Positions 26,371 to 37,100 are shown, numbered from the stretch's first letter. The stretch: DNA of 64,000 nucleotides from Fimbriimonadia bacterium (GCA_039961735.1 JABRVX010000004.1:3220-67219); one strand, 5' to 3'. Translations and numbers: made by a program. Notes: generated from the letters alone by a model not told the origin.

Positions 26371-29300
26371 CTATTGCCGAGACGGCGAAAGCCCGGGCTG
26401 CCGCGTGGACGATGGCGCGACGGGGGATTGAAGGACGATGTGCCACCACCAGTCGAGGGGTTTCCCCGCGGCATCTCGGCCGGCAGCGTGTGGAAGGTGG
26501 CTGAGCCACCACTTGGCGTGAGCGACCGTCTCGCCGGAGCCCCATTCCTCGGGGTTCAGCGCCCTACGGGTACCGCGCAGGTTGGGCCAGTTGTGCAGCC
26601 AGTCGTCGGATGAGCTCAGCACCGTGGTGTCACCAGGCGGGTGCGACAGTGTGCCGCACGCCGCTTCACCGGGTGCGATGGCTTCGTGTAACGTGAACCG
26701 GTCCCAATCGTGTCGTGGCGGATACCCGTTCCAGCCACCAAATGCGTGGGTCAGCAACTTTTCTGCCCTTCGACAGTAGGTCGCCAGGAGCCCGCCTAGC
26801 CCTTCCCGAACATCCGCCACCGTCACTACGAACGTCCGTCGGTAGGGAGGCTTGGAGATACCACTAGCATCGAGCTCGATCGCCTCTTCGCCGAACATGA
26901 ATGCGCCGGGTTTTAGAGAGTCGTTCGAGACCAGAACGAGTACTTCGTCCACGTTGCCTGCGTTCACTCGGACTGCTACCTCGGCGTGCCGGAGAAGCTG
27001 GTGCAGGCTACTCCCACGCACGAGAGCGTACTCGACGACCCGGTATTCGACCCTACCATGGCTGGCTTCGAAAAGGCACTGCGTGTAGCCATCCACGAGG
27101 TCCTGGCCGAAGGTGTCTTCCTCCCCCCGTGCATCTAGTACTAACAATCGTACCGGTCTGGACACGGCCAATTCGGATATGGCGGCGGGAGAAGTACTAA
27201 CTCGACCAGGGGCACCTATACCGGGGCGTTCCACCAGCAGTACTACCCGATCCAGTCCATCCACAGCGTAGAGGCCGAGTCGCCCTTCTCTCGTAACGTA
27301 GGCCACGTCGCTAGGTGCGTCGAGCGTTGCGTTGCCCATGTAGTTGCCGGTGGGGACGTTGTACGTGGCGAGCACGGTTCCCTGCTCATTGTACTCCCTT
27401 ACTACCTTTGAAGATGCATTTGTCACTGCCAACAGCACGGTCGAGCCGTCTGCACTGGCTGTCGCAAGGCCCACCTCCTTACCACCCGACCAATCGCCTG
27501 CCACCACCGACACTGGGAAGCCAGAGTCCACAGACAGCGAGGACCCGTCGAAGGAGAAGCGGTACAGACGGTTCATGCCGCGATCCACAACGTATACTTT
27601 GCCCTGAGTCAGCGGATGCGCCGCGACCGCCGCGGGTTTGGCACCGGCGTCCTCGAACTGATAGTGTGTCACGTACTTCGTGTTCGCATCCCACACGACC
27701 AACCTGCGGTTCCCTGTGTCTGCGATGGCAACGTACTCTGCGCCGGAGCGCAAGAACACTGCAAGTCCTCTGGCAGACTGGAGCTCCCGCCGAGCCGAGT
27801 CGGTACCTGTATAGCCGGCAAGGCGACTGCCCGAGAACCACGGATTCGTGTCCGACTGATTGAACACCAACGCATCGGTGTAGATGCGGTTTCCCGATAC
27901 CGCGTTGACTCTGGAAGACGTGGCGGTACCAATAACCAAGTCTCCGGGCAGATAGCGAGTCGCTGCCTGAGAGTTTTGTATCCAATATGGTGGGGTCTTA
28001 CTGAAGGAGCTCGCCTGATAGGACGGTATGTCGTTGCGAACGTCATAGCCGTAGGGGGCCGACGTGGGAGCCGTGACGAGGTCGAAGCGGTACTCGGGTG
28101 TCATGTCAGCGAACTGCAGCGTTGCGTAATACTTGCCCGCCGTAAGCTTCGACGCCACGACCTTCTGTGCCGTGTGGCCGAAGCGGAAGTGATAGAAGAG
28201 CTCGCGGTAGGGTGTCGTCCCATCGAAAAGCTGGCAGAAGGGGTTAGCGATTCCAGCGTTGGAGGCGACCAGCATTCTGCCCTGTCCGTCATCGCTGATG
28301 CCGCACGCGTTGGACAAGCCGGTTACGAAGACGCTGCGAGGAAGAGTTTCCACGGCGTCTTGAACGCCGCCAGGAGTCGCGGGGGCAGTACCTACGATGC
28401 GAGTCACTTCGTACATCGCGCGGTATCGATTAGCGTCGAAGGAGTCGGCCTCCGCCATATCCTGTACGACACGCACTGTATTGCCGTCGGCGGCGAAATC
28501 CCCGATGGCGTACCTAACGAACGTCGGCTGCCAACGGCGGTACACGCGGTACGTCGCGTTGGGCGGTCCCGATACCTCGAGACTCACCTTGCGCCCTTCG
28601 ACGGCAGCGGTGACGGTGAAATCAGGAGGAGCCGCGGTTGCACGATAGTTCGTGTGGAAGTCCCATGTCCACCCAGTCTCGTTCACCATCGAATGACCCA
28701 TGTAGGTATGACGGCTGTGAGATGCCGTGTCCTCTATGCCCCAGATCGTGGCATCTAGGTAGTGTTGACCTATACGGACCGTGAACACCTGTGCGAGACT
28801 GTGTATCAGCGATTGGTTCTGTGTGTAATGCCTTCTTCCGAAAGCGTCGGTCGTAGAACTGCCGAACAGGGATGTGATCTCCCATCTTCCATCAGACCCG
28901 GTAGTGCCACTAGCGAGGGGGGTCTTTGCACCATACGTGTAGAGGCTCACCTCGGCCCCCTGCACCGGTCTGCCATCGCAGTCGAGCACTCGCACCCACG
29001 TGCGGTCCGGGGCCAACGACTCCCATCCAGAGATACTATTATTGCGAGCTCCCACCAGGAAGCGCCTCATCATCTCGCAGGCAGGCCAGGAGATCTTCGT
29101 CTGCCCGGGTCCATAACTATCAGCAGCCCAACACCACGATGCGACCTGTACAGGTGTCCCATCCGCCATTTGGGAAGCGGAAGTAAAGACTGGGTGTGCG
29201 TAATACTGATACAGGTCACCGAGAGGGTGAAAGAGGTGACCCGTCTCGTGCAGTTCGGCACCACCGTCGCCCCAGTTGAACCGCTCCCAACCCTGGTAGT

Positions 29301-31083
29301 GTCCCCACCAGCCATCTAGCTCCCGCCAGCCCTCGTACTTGGCTTGCACGATCTGCCAGGCCTGGTTAGGATCCGCGGCGTCGGAAGGCCATCCGATTTC
29401 GTAACTGTCGAACCAGAGCCGCTGCAGGACATCTTGGCCGTCACGAGTGGCGGATCGCTCCCACATACACTGCACGGCGTCCGCTAGCTTGCGACTAAGG
29501 TACTCCTTGCTGGGTGGATCCCCCAGCACCGTGGGCTGTCTATCCGCAAGCGAGGCCTGGCTTCGGAAGATGGGGTGGAATGTCAGGCCGTGGATGGCGA
29601 ACTCGTATCGGTTGTTCCGCTGATTAGCATCGTCTGCCCACTCCAACACGGCGATTATCCACCGTTCCCCCACGTCGTCCAGGTTTATCTTTCGCCACGT
29701 AGCACGAGGACCGGCCAAGATGAGTTGGTATGGCCAGCTGAGGGTCACGATGCGCGACACGTAGCTCGGGCTGTTAGCATCGTACGCGGGGATGTCTTCA
29801 CCGATGAGGAAGTCGTAATCCGGCGTATCACAGGTGACGGGGTCCGTGTCGGCGTTCCGGTAGTCGCGATCCACCCACACCTTGAGCCGAACACTTCCAC
29901 CCGGGATGGTGCTCGCACCGGTGTTCTGCAAGTTGATCTCGTAACTGACAGTCTCGCCGTAGGCAGGCCAGCCATAGGGGGGACGCTCGTCCTTGCGTGG
30001 GCTGCGTTTGGCAAAGGATATCTGGGCGTCCGCTGTGTTCGATATGCTGTAGCGCGAGTTCAGGTCGGTGTTGATATACCCGAAGAGCCGCCCAGCGCCG
30101 AAGGCCAACCTGTTCCCCGCTTCCGCACCGAAGAACCCTGTCATCACCTTCTTGCTGGCGTAGCCCCCATTGCCTGGCATCCACTGTCCTGACAGCGCCT
30201 TGCCATCATACTGCGGACCTGGATCATACTTTCCACCCGGCTTGGCAGGCGCGACACGGAGCTGGTACCCGCCGAATGGAGGCACCAGCGTCAACACGTC
30301 GAACCCATCCTTCTGGTAGTCTGCGGCGCACAAGCCCCCTGGTACCAAGTTGGGCAGATCGCCCGCCCGGTCGTCCACTACGAATTCGAAGCGGTTCCCT
30401 GCCACGGTGTATCGGTAGAAGGCGATGCGAGTCTGGCCTCCAACTACCGTGGCAAGAGCGATGTAGTCCTTCTTCTCGCCCCAGAAGTCACCACATGCGA
30501 ACGCGATGAAGCTACCCTGCACGTTGGGCAAGTCCGACTCGGCGATCTTGCTCCAGGTAGTACCCATCGAGCTAGTAGGAGGATTCAGCATAGCGATGCG
30601 CACGTTTCCGTTGTACTCGGTCGCTATCAGCAGTTGATCCTTGGTAGCCCCACGCGGGTTTCCGCCGGCTGCACCCAGGAAGGTACCACTGATGCTTACG
30701 CCCGTCGAGACGCTCTTCTGTGACCACTGGCGGACCGCAAAGTGCTGTGGCGGCTCGTACACGTACATGAAGACCTGGCTACCCACCACCCGAATCGCCA
30801 CGATGTGGTCCGTGTCGAAGCTGGCGGGCCAGAAGTTACCCACCGTTAGTCCACCTACCGGCACATCGTCGAAGGAGGTGGTTCGGTCTATCCAACGGCT
30901 GGGCCACATTCCGTCCTTCGCACGCAAAGGGGGTTCGTACACGACGAGCCGCCGCTGCCCACCGACCTCCTCGAGAGCTGCGAAGTAGGAGAAGCCGAAC
31001 CCCCAGTGCTGCGGACCCGCATGACAGATGCAGACCGACACTACAGCGAACACGCACACCAGGCACGGGATGGCTGATCTCAT
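26371..31083 (-). CDS. 1570-aa secreted multidomain protein: FG-GAP-like N-terminus, CARDB-like plus HExxH module, NHL-like repeats, unassigned Trp-rich C-terminal domain
   Basis: SD AAGGAG. Signal peptide MRSAIPCLVCVFAVVSVCICHA. FG-GAP-like 'CGDFWGEKKDYIALATV' and 'CAADYQKDGFDVLTLV'. HETGH at 29236-29250. NHL-like 'IADTGNRRLVVWD' and 'VYVVDRGMNRLYRF'. Confidence 0.8.
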   Translation of the reverse strand: MRSAIPCLVCVFAVVSVCICHAGPQHWGFGFSYFAALEEVGGQRRLVVYEPPLRAKDGMWPSRWIDRTTSFDDVPVGGLTVGNFWPASFDTDHIVAIRVVGSQVFMYVYEPPQHFAVRQWSQKSVSTGVSISGTFLGAAGGNPRGATKDQLLIATEYNGNVRIAMLNPPTSSMGTTWSKIAESDLPNVQGSFIAFACGDFWGEKKDYIALATVVGGQTRIAFYRYTVAGNRFEFVVDDRAGDLPNLVPGGLCAADYQKDGFDVLTLVPPFGGYQLRVAPAKPGGKYDPGPQYDGKALSGQWMPGNGGYASKKVMTGFFGAEAGNRLAFGAGRLFGYINTDLNSRYSISNTADAQISFAKRSPRKDERPPYGWPAYGETVSYEINLQNTGASTIPGGSVRLKVWVDRDYRNADTDPVTCDTPDYDFLIGEDIPAYDANSPSYVSRIVTLSWPYQLILAGPRATWRKINLDDVGERWIIAVLEWADDANQRNNRYEFAIHGLTFHPIFRSQASLADRQPTVLGDPPSKEYLSRKLADAVQCMWERSATRDGQDVLQRLWFDSYEIGWPSDAADPNQAWQIVQAKYEGWRELDGWWGHYQGWERFNWGDGGAELHETGHLFHPLGDLYQYYAHPVFTSASQMADGTPVQVASWCWAADSYGPGQTKISWPACEMMRRFLVGARNNSISGWESLAPDRTWVRVLDCDGRPVQGAEVSLYTYGAKTPLASGTTGSDGRWEITSLFGSSTTDAFGRRHYTQNQSLIHSLAQVFTVRIGQHYLDATIWGIEDTASHSRHTYMGHSMVNETGWTWDFHTNYRATAAPPDFTVTAAVEGRKVSLEVSGPPNATYRVYRRWQPTFVRYAIGDFAADGNTVRVVQDMAEADSFDANRYRAMYEVTRIVGTAPATPGGVQDAVETLPRSVFVTGLSNACGISDDGQGRMLVASNAGIANPFCQLFDGTTPYRELFYHFRFGHTAQKVVASKLTAGKYYATLQFADMTPEYRFDLVTAPTSAPYGYDVRNDIPSYQASSFSKTPPYWIQNSQAATRYLPGDLVIGTATSSRVNAVSGNRIYTDALVFNQSDTNPWFSGSRLAGYTGTDSARRELQSARGLAVFLRSGAEYVAIADTGNRRLVVWDANTKYVTHYQFEDAGAKPAAVAAHPLTQGKVYVVDRGMNRLYRFSFDGSSLSVDSGFPVSVVAGDWSGGKEVGLATASADGSTVLLAVTNASSKVVREYNEQGTVLATYNVPTGNYMGNATLDAPSDVAYVTREGRLGLYAVDGLDRVVLLVERPGIGAPGRVSTSPAAISELAVSRPVRLLVLDARGEEDTFGQDLVDGYTQCLFEASHGRVEYRVVEYALVRGSSLHQLLRHAEVAVRVNAGNVDEVLVLVSNDSLKPGAFMFGEEAIELDASGISKPPYRRTFVVTVADVREGLGGLLATYCRRAEKLLTHAFGGWNGYPPRHDWDRFTLHEAIAPGEAACGTLSHPPGDTTVLSSSDDWLHNWPNLRGTRRALNPEEWGSGETVAHAKWWLSHLPHAAGRDAAGKPLDWWWHIVLQSPVAPSSTRQPGLSPSRQ

Positions 31084-31140
31084 CGATTCTCCTTCACTTG
31101 CATGGACCGATGCAACCTGTCAGTGTGCGCCAATCCCAGG

Positions 31141-33849
31141 CTAGCTATCCCCCTGCCTACCGAAGTTGATCAGCACGATGTTCAGGTCATTAAGCGTGAC
31201 GCCGTCCACTCCATCTAGGTCAGCGGTCTGATCGGTGCCTCCGTACGTGATCAACACGCGAGCGAGATCACCCATATCCACCGCGTTGTTAACCTGGCAA
31301 TCACCATTAAGGAGGCTGAAGTGGAGTGTCTCCGTCAGCGGGAAGGTGACCGCGGGCACCGTCCTTCGTAACCAGGCCCGGCCCCACAGCTTCACGTCAT
31401 GGGTGCCGGCCGGAATCGACCCGGGCATCGAGAACTTGCCCTCGGCATCAAGAGTAACCGTGTATTGCGACGTACCTACCAACAAGTTGAGCTGCACGCC
31501 TGCGACCGGTGCCGACCAGTGGCCCAGCACGACCTCGCCTCCGTAGACCGGTGTCTGAAGCTCCCACGTCAGTTTGGCTGTGGCCGACGATCCGTTCTCG
31601 TAGTGCTCCACTCGTATCAGGTGGTAGCCCTCGTCCATCTCATGAGTGAAGGTGTAGGTGGTCGCATTCTGATCGAACCACTTATTCAGCACCAGAACAT
31701 CGTCTATCCATATGCGTATGCCATCGTCGGTTCTAGCGGTAAAGTCGTACGTACCCGCCGGGAAGTACCAGTATCCGGTGCGGCGCACGCTCCAGTTGTC
31801 ACCGTTGATCGCAGGATCGGGGCTCCCACTGCCGTACTCGTGATCGATTCGATCTTCCAGTCTACTAGTTATGTAGCCTGTTAAGTTCTTCTGGCTATAC
31901 AGATCGACTCGCCAAGCGTCATAGGGTATCTCGTCTGGCGGCGGCTGGTCCGTCCAGCTAACCTGGATGCGTGCAGTCCCCGTGCCGTGGCGGTAACGCA
32001 CCACCACTCTGTGTCTCGTGGTGTCCGCACTCGCCTGACCGGGGTTCACGTAGTTCGACCAGTTCATCGTATAGATGTCCGGCGTGAAAGTATTGGTAGT
32101 GGTGTTATTCCACGCATCGAACACCAGCCTCTCGTCGATGAAGAGCTGAACACCGCCGTCCGTGGTAATCGTAAAGCGTTTCCATCCGTCCGTGAAAGTA
32201 AAGTTCCCGTGCCAGAAGACGCTCACGTTGTCTTCGTCCAGGCCGGGTGCTAGAGCGCCGGAAGTCTCGAAGTCTATGCCGCTATCCGTGCGGCTCGTGA
32301 CGAACGTCTGGTAGTTGGTGCCGTTGAAGTAGTTGCCGAGCCAAGCGTTGTTCGGCACGGTGGCGGGGTTGTCGCGAAGGTCGATCTGGCGCACGTAGTA
32401 CGCGTTGGTGGTATTCCCTCTCCAGTAGGCCAGATTGAAATCCGTAATCTCCTGGAATGTGAAGTAGAGCTGTCCATTGTGGCGGACTTTCAAGATCATC
32501 ACGGTATTGGCTAGCCCATAGGTGTGTCGGATGGGGCTTCCGAACGGGTTCTGAGGCATCGTGATATAGCCGTTGGAGTCCGTCGTGAACGTTGCGTCGG
32601 ACACGTTGTCGTATGTTTTGGCGTACCAGCCCGTGCCGCCCGTCGCGCGATACACGTCCACCGTTGCCCCGGCCAAGGGCACACCGTTCTCGTCTATGAA
32701 CTGGAAGTGGTTGTTCTGTGGCAGGTCGGTCAGGAAGACGCCGATATCCGGAGGCGAGTTTTGGTTACCACGTCCGCGCTTGTGGTGCTTCCAGTTCCAC
32801 ACGCTTGCCGTGTAAGCATCGTATATGGCAGGCCCACCCATGATGTCGGACCACTTATTGTAGTGCACTCCTTGCCAAGAGATGAAGGGCATGTACATGG
32901 TCCCTGTAATGATATTGCCGCCATCGTCGCGGACATCTATGGACCAAGGCGCGCTCTCGCTCTGGTGCACGTCGAAGCCGTAGTTGTCAATCATGAACCT
33001 GGCGTGGTTCATCTCGTGGATGCTACCAATGTCAATCAAGAACGGACCGTTCCATCGGAAGCCATAAAAGGCACCGGGCAGGATATCGTTGGGGTTGTAG
33101 GGATATCCCCACATCATGTCCACCGTGCGGTCAAGCCGATCCGGGTTGTTGGTGGCAATGCCGCCGTTCAGGGGCAATGCACCGTTCGGCACCACCACTA
33201 CCTTGTCCAGCGACATTCTGTCCAGCGCACCGTTAGGGCAGAACGGGAACTTGGCTTTCGCGTGCATCTCGTTCCAGCGGCGTATCATCCGCTGCCCCCA
33301 ATCCTCGAAGCCGTTCGCACCGTCGTTCAGCTTGTACTGATTCTCGTGGAAATAATCGTAGAGGCCCTGCTCCACCCACAGACCGACGAGGAGCGCGTTA
33401 GTTCTGATCTCCACGGTGTTGTTCAACTTGGTCAGCTCGGTGAGCAGGTTGTTGGGGTCGGCAACGATCTTCAGGTCGTGATCGGCGGGGTCCCAGTTCC
33501 AGTCGAAGGCCACCTGCACGGTCTGCCCTGCCGGAATCTGCACCATACCACCCAGTCCCGGCACGCCGTCGAAGTACCACAGGTACTCGACATCCTGGGT
33601 AACCGGTCCCCAGTTCTTGATATGTGCCAGGTAAGTCACCGCCTGGCCCACACTCGGCAGCCCGCTGCTGTAAGTCATATCATTGGGGTTGAACGACAGC
33701 CGGGGGGTGCGCTCGATGTAGAGCACGTTGATGTCGGGATAATCGTTCGCCTGTGCCCTCGGACCGTCGAACGGCCATGGTTGAGCACTACCCGCGAGCG
33801 CGAGGGCTGTGGGTATGAAGACGAGAAGTTGCCGAAGGCTTGAGCGCAT
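31141..33849 (-). CDS. 902-aa secreted protein: CARDB-like plus HExxH module, two PA14 domains, beta-sandwich and dockerin-like C-terminus
   Basis: SD AAAGGGGAG. Signal peptide ending ALAGSAQ. HEMNH at 33004-33018. PA14-like 'WLGNYFNGTNYQTFVTSRTDSGIDF...FWHGNFTF' and 'WRVDLYSQKNLTGYITSRLEDRIDHEYG'. Dockerin-like 'NGDCQVNNAVDMGDLARVL...DLDGVDGVTLNDLNIVL'. Confidence 0.8.
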   Translation of the reverse strand: MRSSLRQLLVFIPTALALAGSAQPWPFDGPRAQANDYPDINVLYIERTPRLSFNPNDMTYSSGLPSVGQAVTYLAHIKNWGPVTQDVEYLWYFDGVPGLGGMVQIPAGQTVQVAFDWNWDPADHDLKIVADPNNLLTELTKLNNTVEIRTNALLVGLWVEQGLYDYFHENQYKLNDGANGFEDWGQRMIRRWNEMHAKAKFPFCPNGALDRMSLDKVVVVPNGALPLNGGIATNNPDRLDRTVDMMWGYPYNPNDILPGAFYGFRWNGPFLIDIGSIHEMNHARFMIDNYGFDVHQSESAPWSIDVRDDGGNIITGTMYMPFISWQGVHYNKWSDIMGGPAIYDAYTASVWNWKHHKRGRGNQNSPPDIGVFLTDLPQNNHFQFIDENGVPLAGATVDVYRATGGTGWYAKTYDNVSDATFTTDSNGYITMPQNPFGSPIRHTYGLANTVMILKVRHNGQLYFTFQEITDFNLAYWRGNTTNAYYVRQIDLRDNPATVPNNAWLGNYFNGTNYQTFVTSRTDSGIDFETSGALAPGLDEDNVSVFWHGNFTFTDGWKRFTITTDGGVQLFIDERLVFDAWNNTTTNTFTPDIYTMNWSNYVNPGQASADTTRHRVVVRYRHGTGTARIQVSWTDQPPPDEIPYDAWRVDLYSQKNLTGYITSRLEDRIDHEYGSGSPDPAINGDNWSVRRTGYWYFPAGTYDFTARTDDGIRIWIDDVLVLNKWFDQNATTYTFTHEMDEGYHLIRVEHYENGSSATAKLTWELQTPVYGGEVVLGHWSAPVAGVQLNLLVGTSQYTVTLDAEGKFSMPGSIPAGTHDVKLWGRAWLRRTVPAVTFPLTETLHFSLLNGDCQVNNAVDMGDLARVLITYGGTDQTADLDGVDGVTLNDLNIVLINFGRQGDS

Positions 33850-34128
33850 ATACTCCCCTTTCCGAGGCTTTTATCTTTGCAACAAGCCTTGCGTGCCGAG
33901 TCAGACGGCTCCGCACTCGTTGCGAGTTTGGGCGGGCCAACCGTCCCGAGCGACCCACGCTGAACCCTGCGTGGCAGGGCCGTACCCGATAGCCACGCTC
34001 AATGGAACGGACAACCAGAACGGCACTGCGGTTCCCGACGAGCGGCCCTGACCCGTTGAATGCTGGGCTCTGGGACCAGAAAAGGAAGAAGAATCCCGGC
34101 ATGGAACCCCTCGCCTGGAGGCGAAACG

Positions 34129-37100
34129 ATGATCGGGTTCTTTCGTTCGGCTTTGACGGCTGCGTCGCTCGGGGTGTTGGCCACGGGCGGCATCGGTTGC
34201 ATGATGCCCCTGGTGCTGCTGATTCAGGATGATAGCGTTGCTCCCCACGCGGGGATGATCCGCTATCCGGATGTGAGTGCGAAGCACATCGTGTTCACAT
34301 ACTCGGGCAATCTGTGGGTTATGCCGCGGACCGGAGGGGTTGCACAGCCACTCACGAGCGCCGTCGGGGGTGAGGTCTTTGCCAAGTTCAGCCCAGACGG
34401 CTCGCAGGTGGCTTTCCTGGGCGGCTATGATGCCGGTTCGGATATCTACACGCTGCCGGTCGAGGGCGGAGTGCCGTTCCGCGTCACATACCATCCCAAC
34501 CAAGAAATCCCGTGCGACTGGACGGCGTCCGGTGACATTCTCTTCTTTTCGTACGGCAGGGACTTGCATGGCTCGCAATCGCAACTGATGCGTGTGCCTG
34601 CATCTGGAGGGCAGCCCAAAAAACTCCCGGTGCCGTACGGCGCGAACGGAGCGATCAGCCCGGATGGAAAGTGGCTGGCTTACGTGCTGCACTCGACGGA
34701 CTTCTCTACCTGGAAGCGGTACACCGGAGGGCAGGCGACGGACATATGGCTGTTCCACCTAGAAACCCACCAGTCGAAGAAGATCACGGACTGGATGGGC
34801 ACGGACTCGCTCCCGATGTGGCATGGCGACACCGTGTACTACCTGTCCGACGACGGTCCGTCTCATCGCCTCAACATCTGGGCCTACGACACGAAGAGCG
34901 GTCGGCGACGACAGGTTACGAGGTATGCAGACTTCGACGTGAAGTGGCCTTCCATCGGACCGGGTCCCGATGGAAAAGGAGAAATCGTGTACCAGCACGG
35001 ACCGGATATCCGCCTGCTCGACCTCGCTACGGGCGAGAGCAAGAGGGTGGAGGTTCGTATTCCGGGAGCTAGGCCGACGCTGAGGGCTCGCGCCGTCAAC
35101 GCGGCGCGCTACCTTTCTTCCTTTGACCTATCGCCCACCGGAAAGCGCGTCGTGGTGTCGGCGCGGGGCGACGTTTGGTCGCTGCCCGCCGAAGAAGGCA
35201 CGTTGCGCAACATGACGCGAACGAGCGGCGTGTTTGAGCGCGAGCCGACATGGAGCCCGGACGGCAAGTGGATCGCCTATTGGTCCGACGAGAGCGGGGA
35301 GTACGAGCTGTACCTGATGCCGTCGGACGGCTCGGGTGAGACGAAGAAACTCACTTCGCTCGGAGCGGGTTATCGCCAGAACCTGACGTGGTCGCCAGAT
35401 TCGAAGAATCTCGTGTTCCAGGACGAGAAGGGCCGTATCTGTCTTATCTCGGCGGAAGGCGGCGAGCCGAAGGTGGTGGACACTGACGGAAGCGGCTACA
35501 ACTCCAGGGTTGCGTGGTCTCACGATTCCTCCTGGCTGGTCTACACGAAGTTGTCGAACACCCGCCTGTCGGCAGTGTGGCTGTACAACGTAGCAGAAGA
35601 CAAGGCGACGCAAGTCACGGCGGGCGTGTTCCCCGATAGCTGGCCCGTGTTCGACCGCAAGGGCGACTATCTGTTTCTCGCCAGCAATCGAAACGTGACT
35701 TCGCCCGTGTTCGACGAGTTCGGAGGGTGGAGAGCGGTTTACGCTAACACGGACGTGCTGCTCGCCGTGCCGTTGCGAAAAGATATCAAGTCGCCGTTCC
35801 TGCCCAAGAGCGACGAGGAGAGCTTCAAGAAGGACACTAAGCCTGCGGGGGAAGGTGACAAGAAGGACGACAAGCCGGCCAGTGACGGGGACAAATCGAG
35901 AGAAGAGGAGAAGCCCCTAGCAATAGACCTGGATGGGTTCGAATCCAGAGCTATTCGGCTACCAGTTCCTCCGGGCTCCTTTCACAGCCTGAACGTCACA
36001 GCGGACGGGAAATTGATGTACACGCGGAGCGGATCGGGCATCAAGCTGTTCGAGATGAGCGGACCGCAGGCGCAAGAGCAGCCGGTGCTCGCGGGGGTCG
36101 AGCAATTCACCATCTCGGCGGACGGCAAGAAGCTGCTCGTAGCCGTGGGTGATGGGCTGGCGGTCATCTCTGCGTCACCCAACCAGAAAACAGAGAAGAT
36201 GGTACCGATGCAGGGCATGACTGCGAACGTCGAGCCTCGCGAGGAGTGGAGGCAGATATTCAACGATGCATGGCGGCTATTCCGTGACTACTTCTATGCT
36301 GGGAACATGCACGGCGTGGACTGGCCAGCTATCCGGGAGCAATATTCCAGGATGCTGGAAGACTGCTCGAGCCGGGGCGACCTGAACTACATTTTGGGTG
36401 AGATGATAGGCGAGCTCAACGTCGGGCACGCATACATCTGGGAGGTCGGCGACGTGGAGCAGGCACCTCCCGCAAACGTCGGGCTGTTAGGCTGCGACTA
36501 CGAAGTCCACCGAGGAGCGTATCGCATCTCGCGGATTCTCGGTGGGGCCGCTTGGGATGACGATGCGCGTGGACCGCTGGGTCAGCCAGGAGTTGATGTG
36601 AAGGTGGGCGACTACGTGCTGGCAGTGAATGGTGTGCCTATAGACGTGAGCAAGGAGATTCACGCTGCGTTCCTAAACACCGCGGGGCGTACGATCACGA
36701 TAACCGTGAGCGAGAACCCGGTGATGGACGAGAAGGCGCGCGACGTAGTGGTCAAGCCAACAGCCAACGAAGGAGCACTGCGCTACCGCACGTGGGTGGA
36801 GAAGAACCGTAAGTATGTCGAGGAGAGGAGTGGCGGGCGTGTCGGTTACATCCATGTGCCGGATACGGCTAACAACGGGCTGAACGAACTGAACCGCCAG
36901 TTCATCGGGCAGATGAACAAAGAAGCGCTCATCGTGGACGAGCGCTGGAACGGGGGTGGACAATCTCCTGACAAGTTCATCGAACTGCTCAATCGCCCTG
37001 CACTCTCATACTTCCACACACGGAACGGGCGAAACGACCCGGTGCCCGGCATCTCACACCTCGGACCGAAGTGCATGCTGATCAACTCGCTTGCCGGCTC

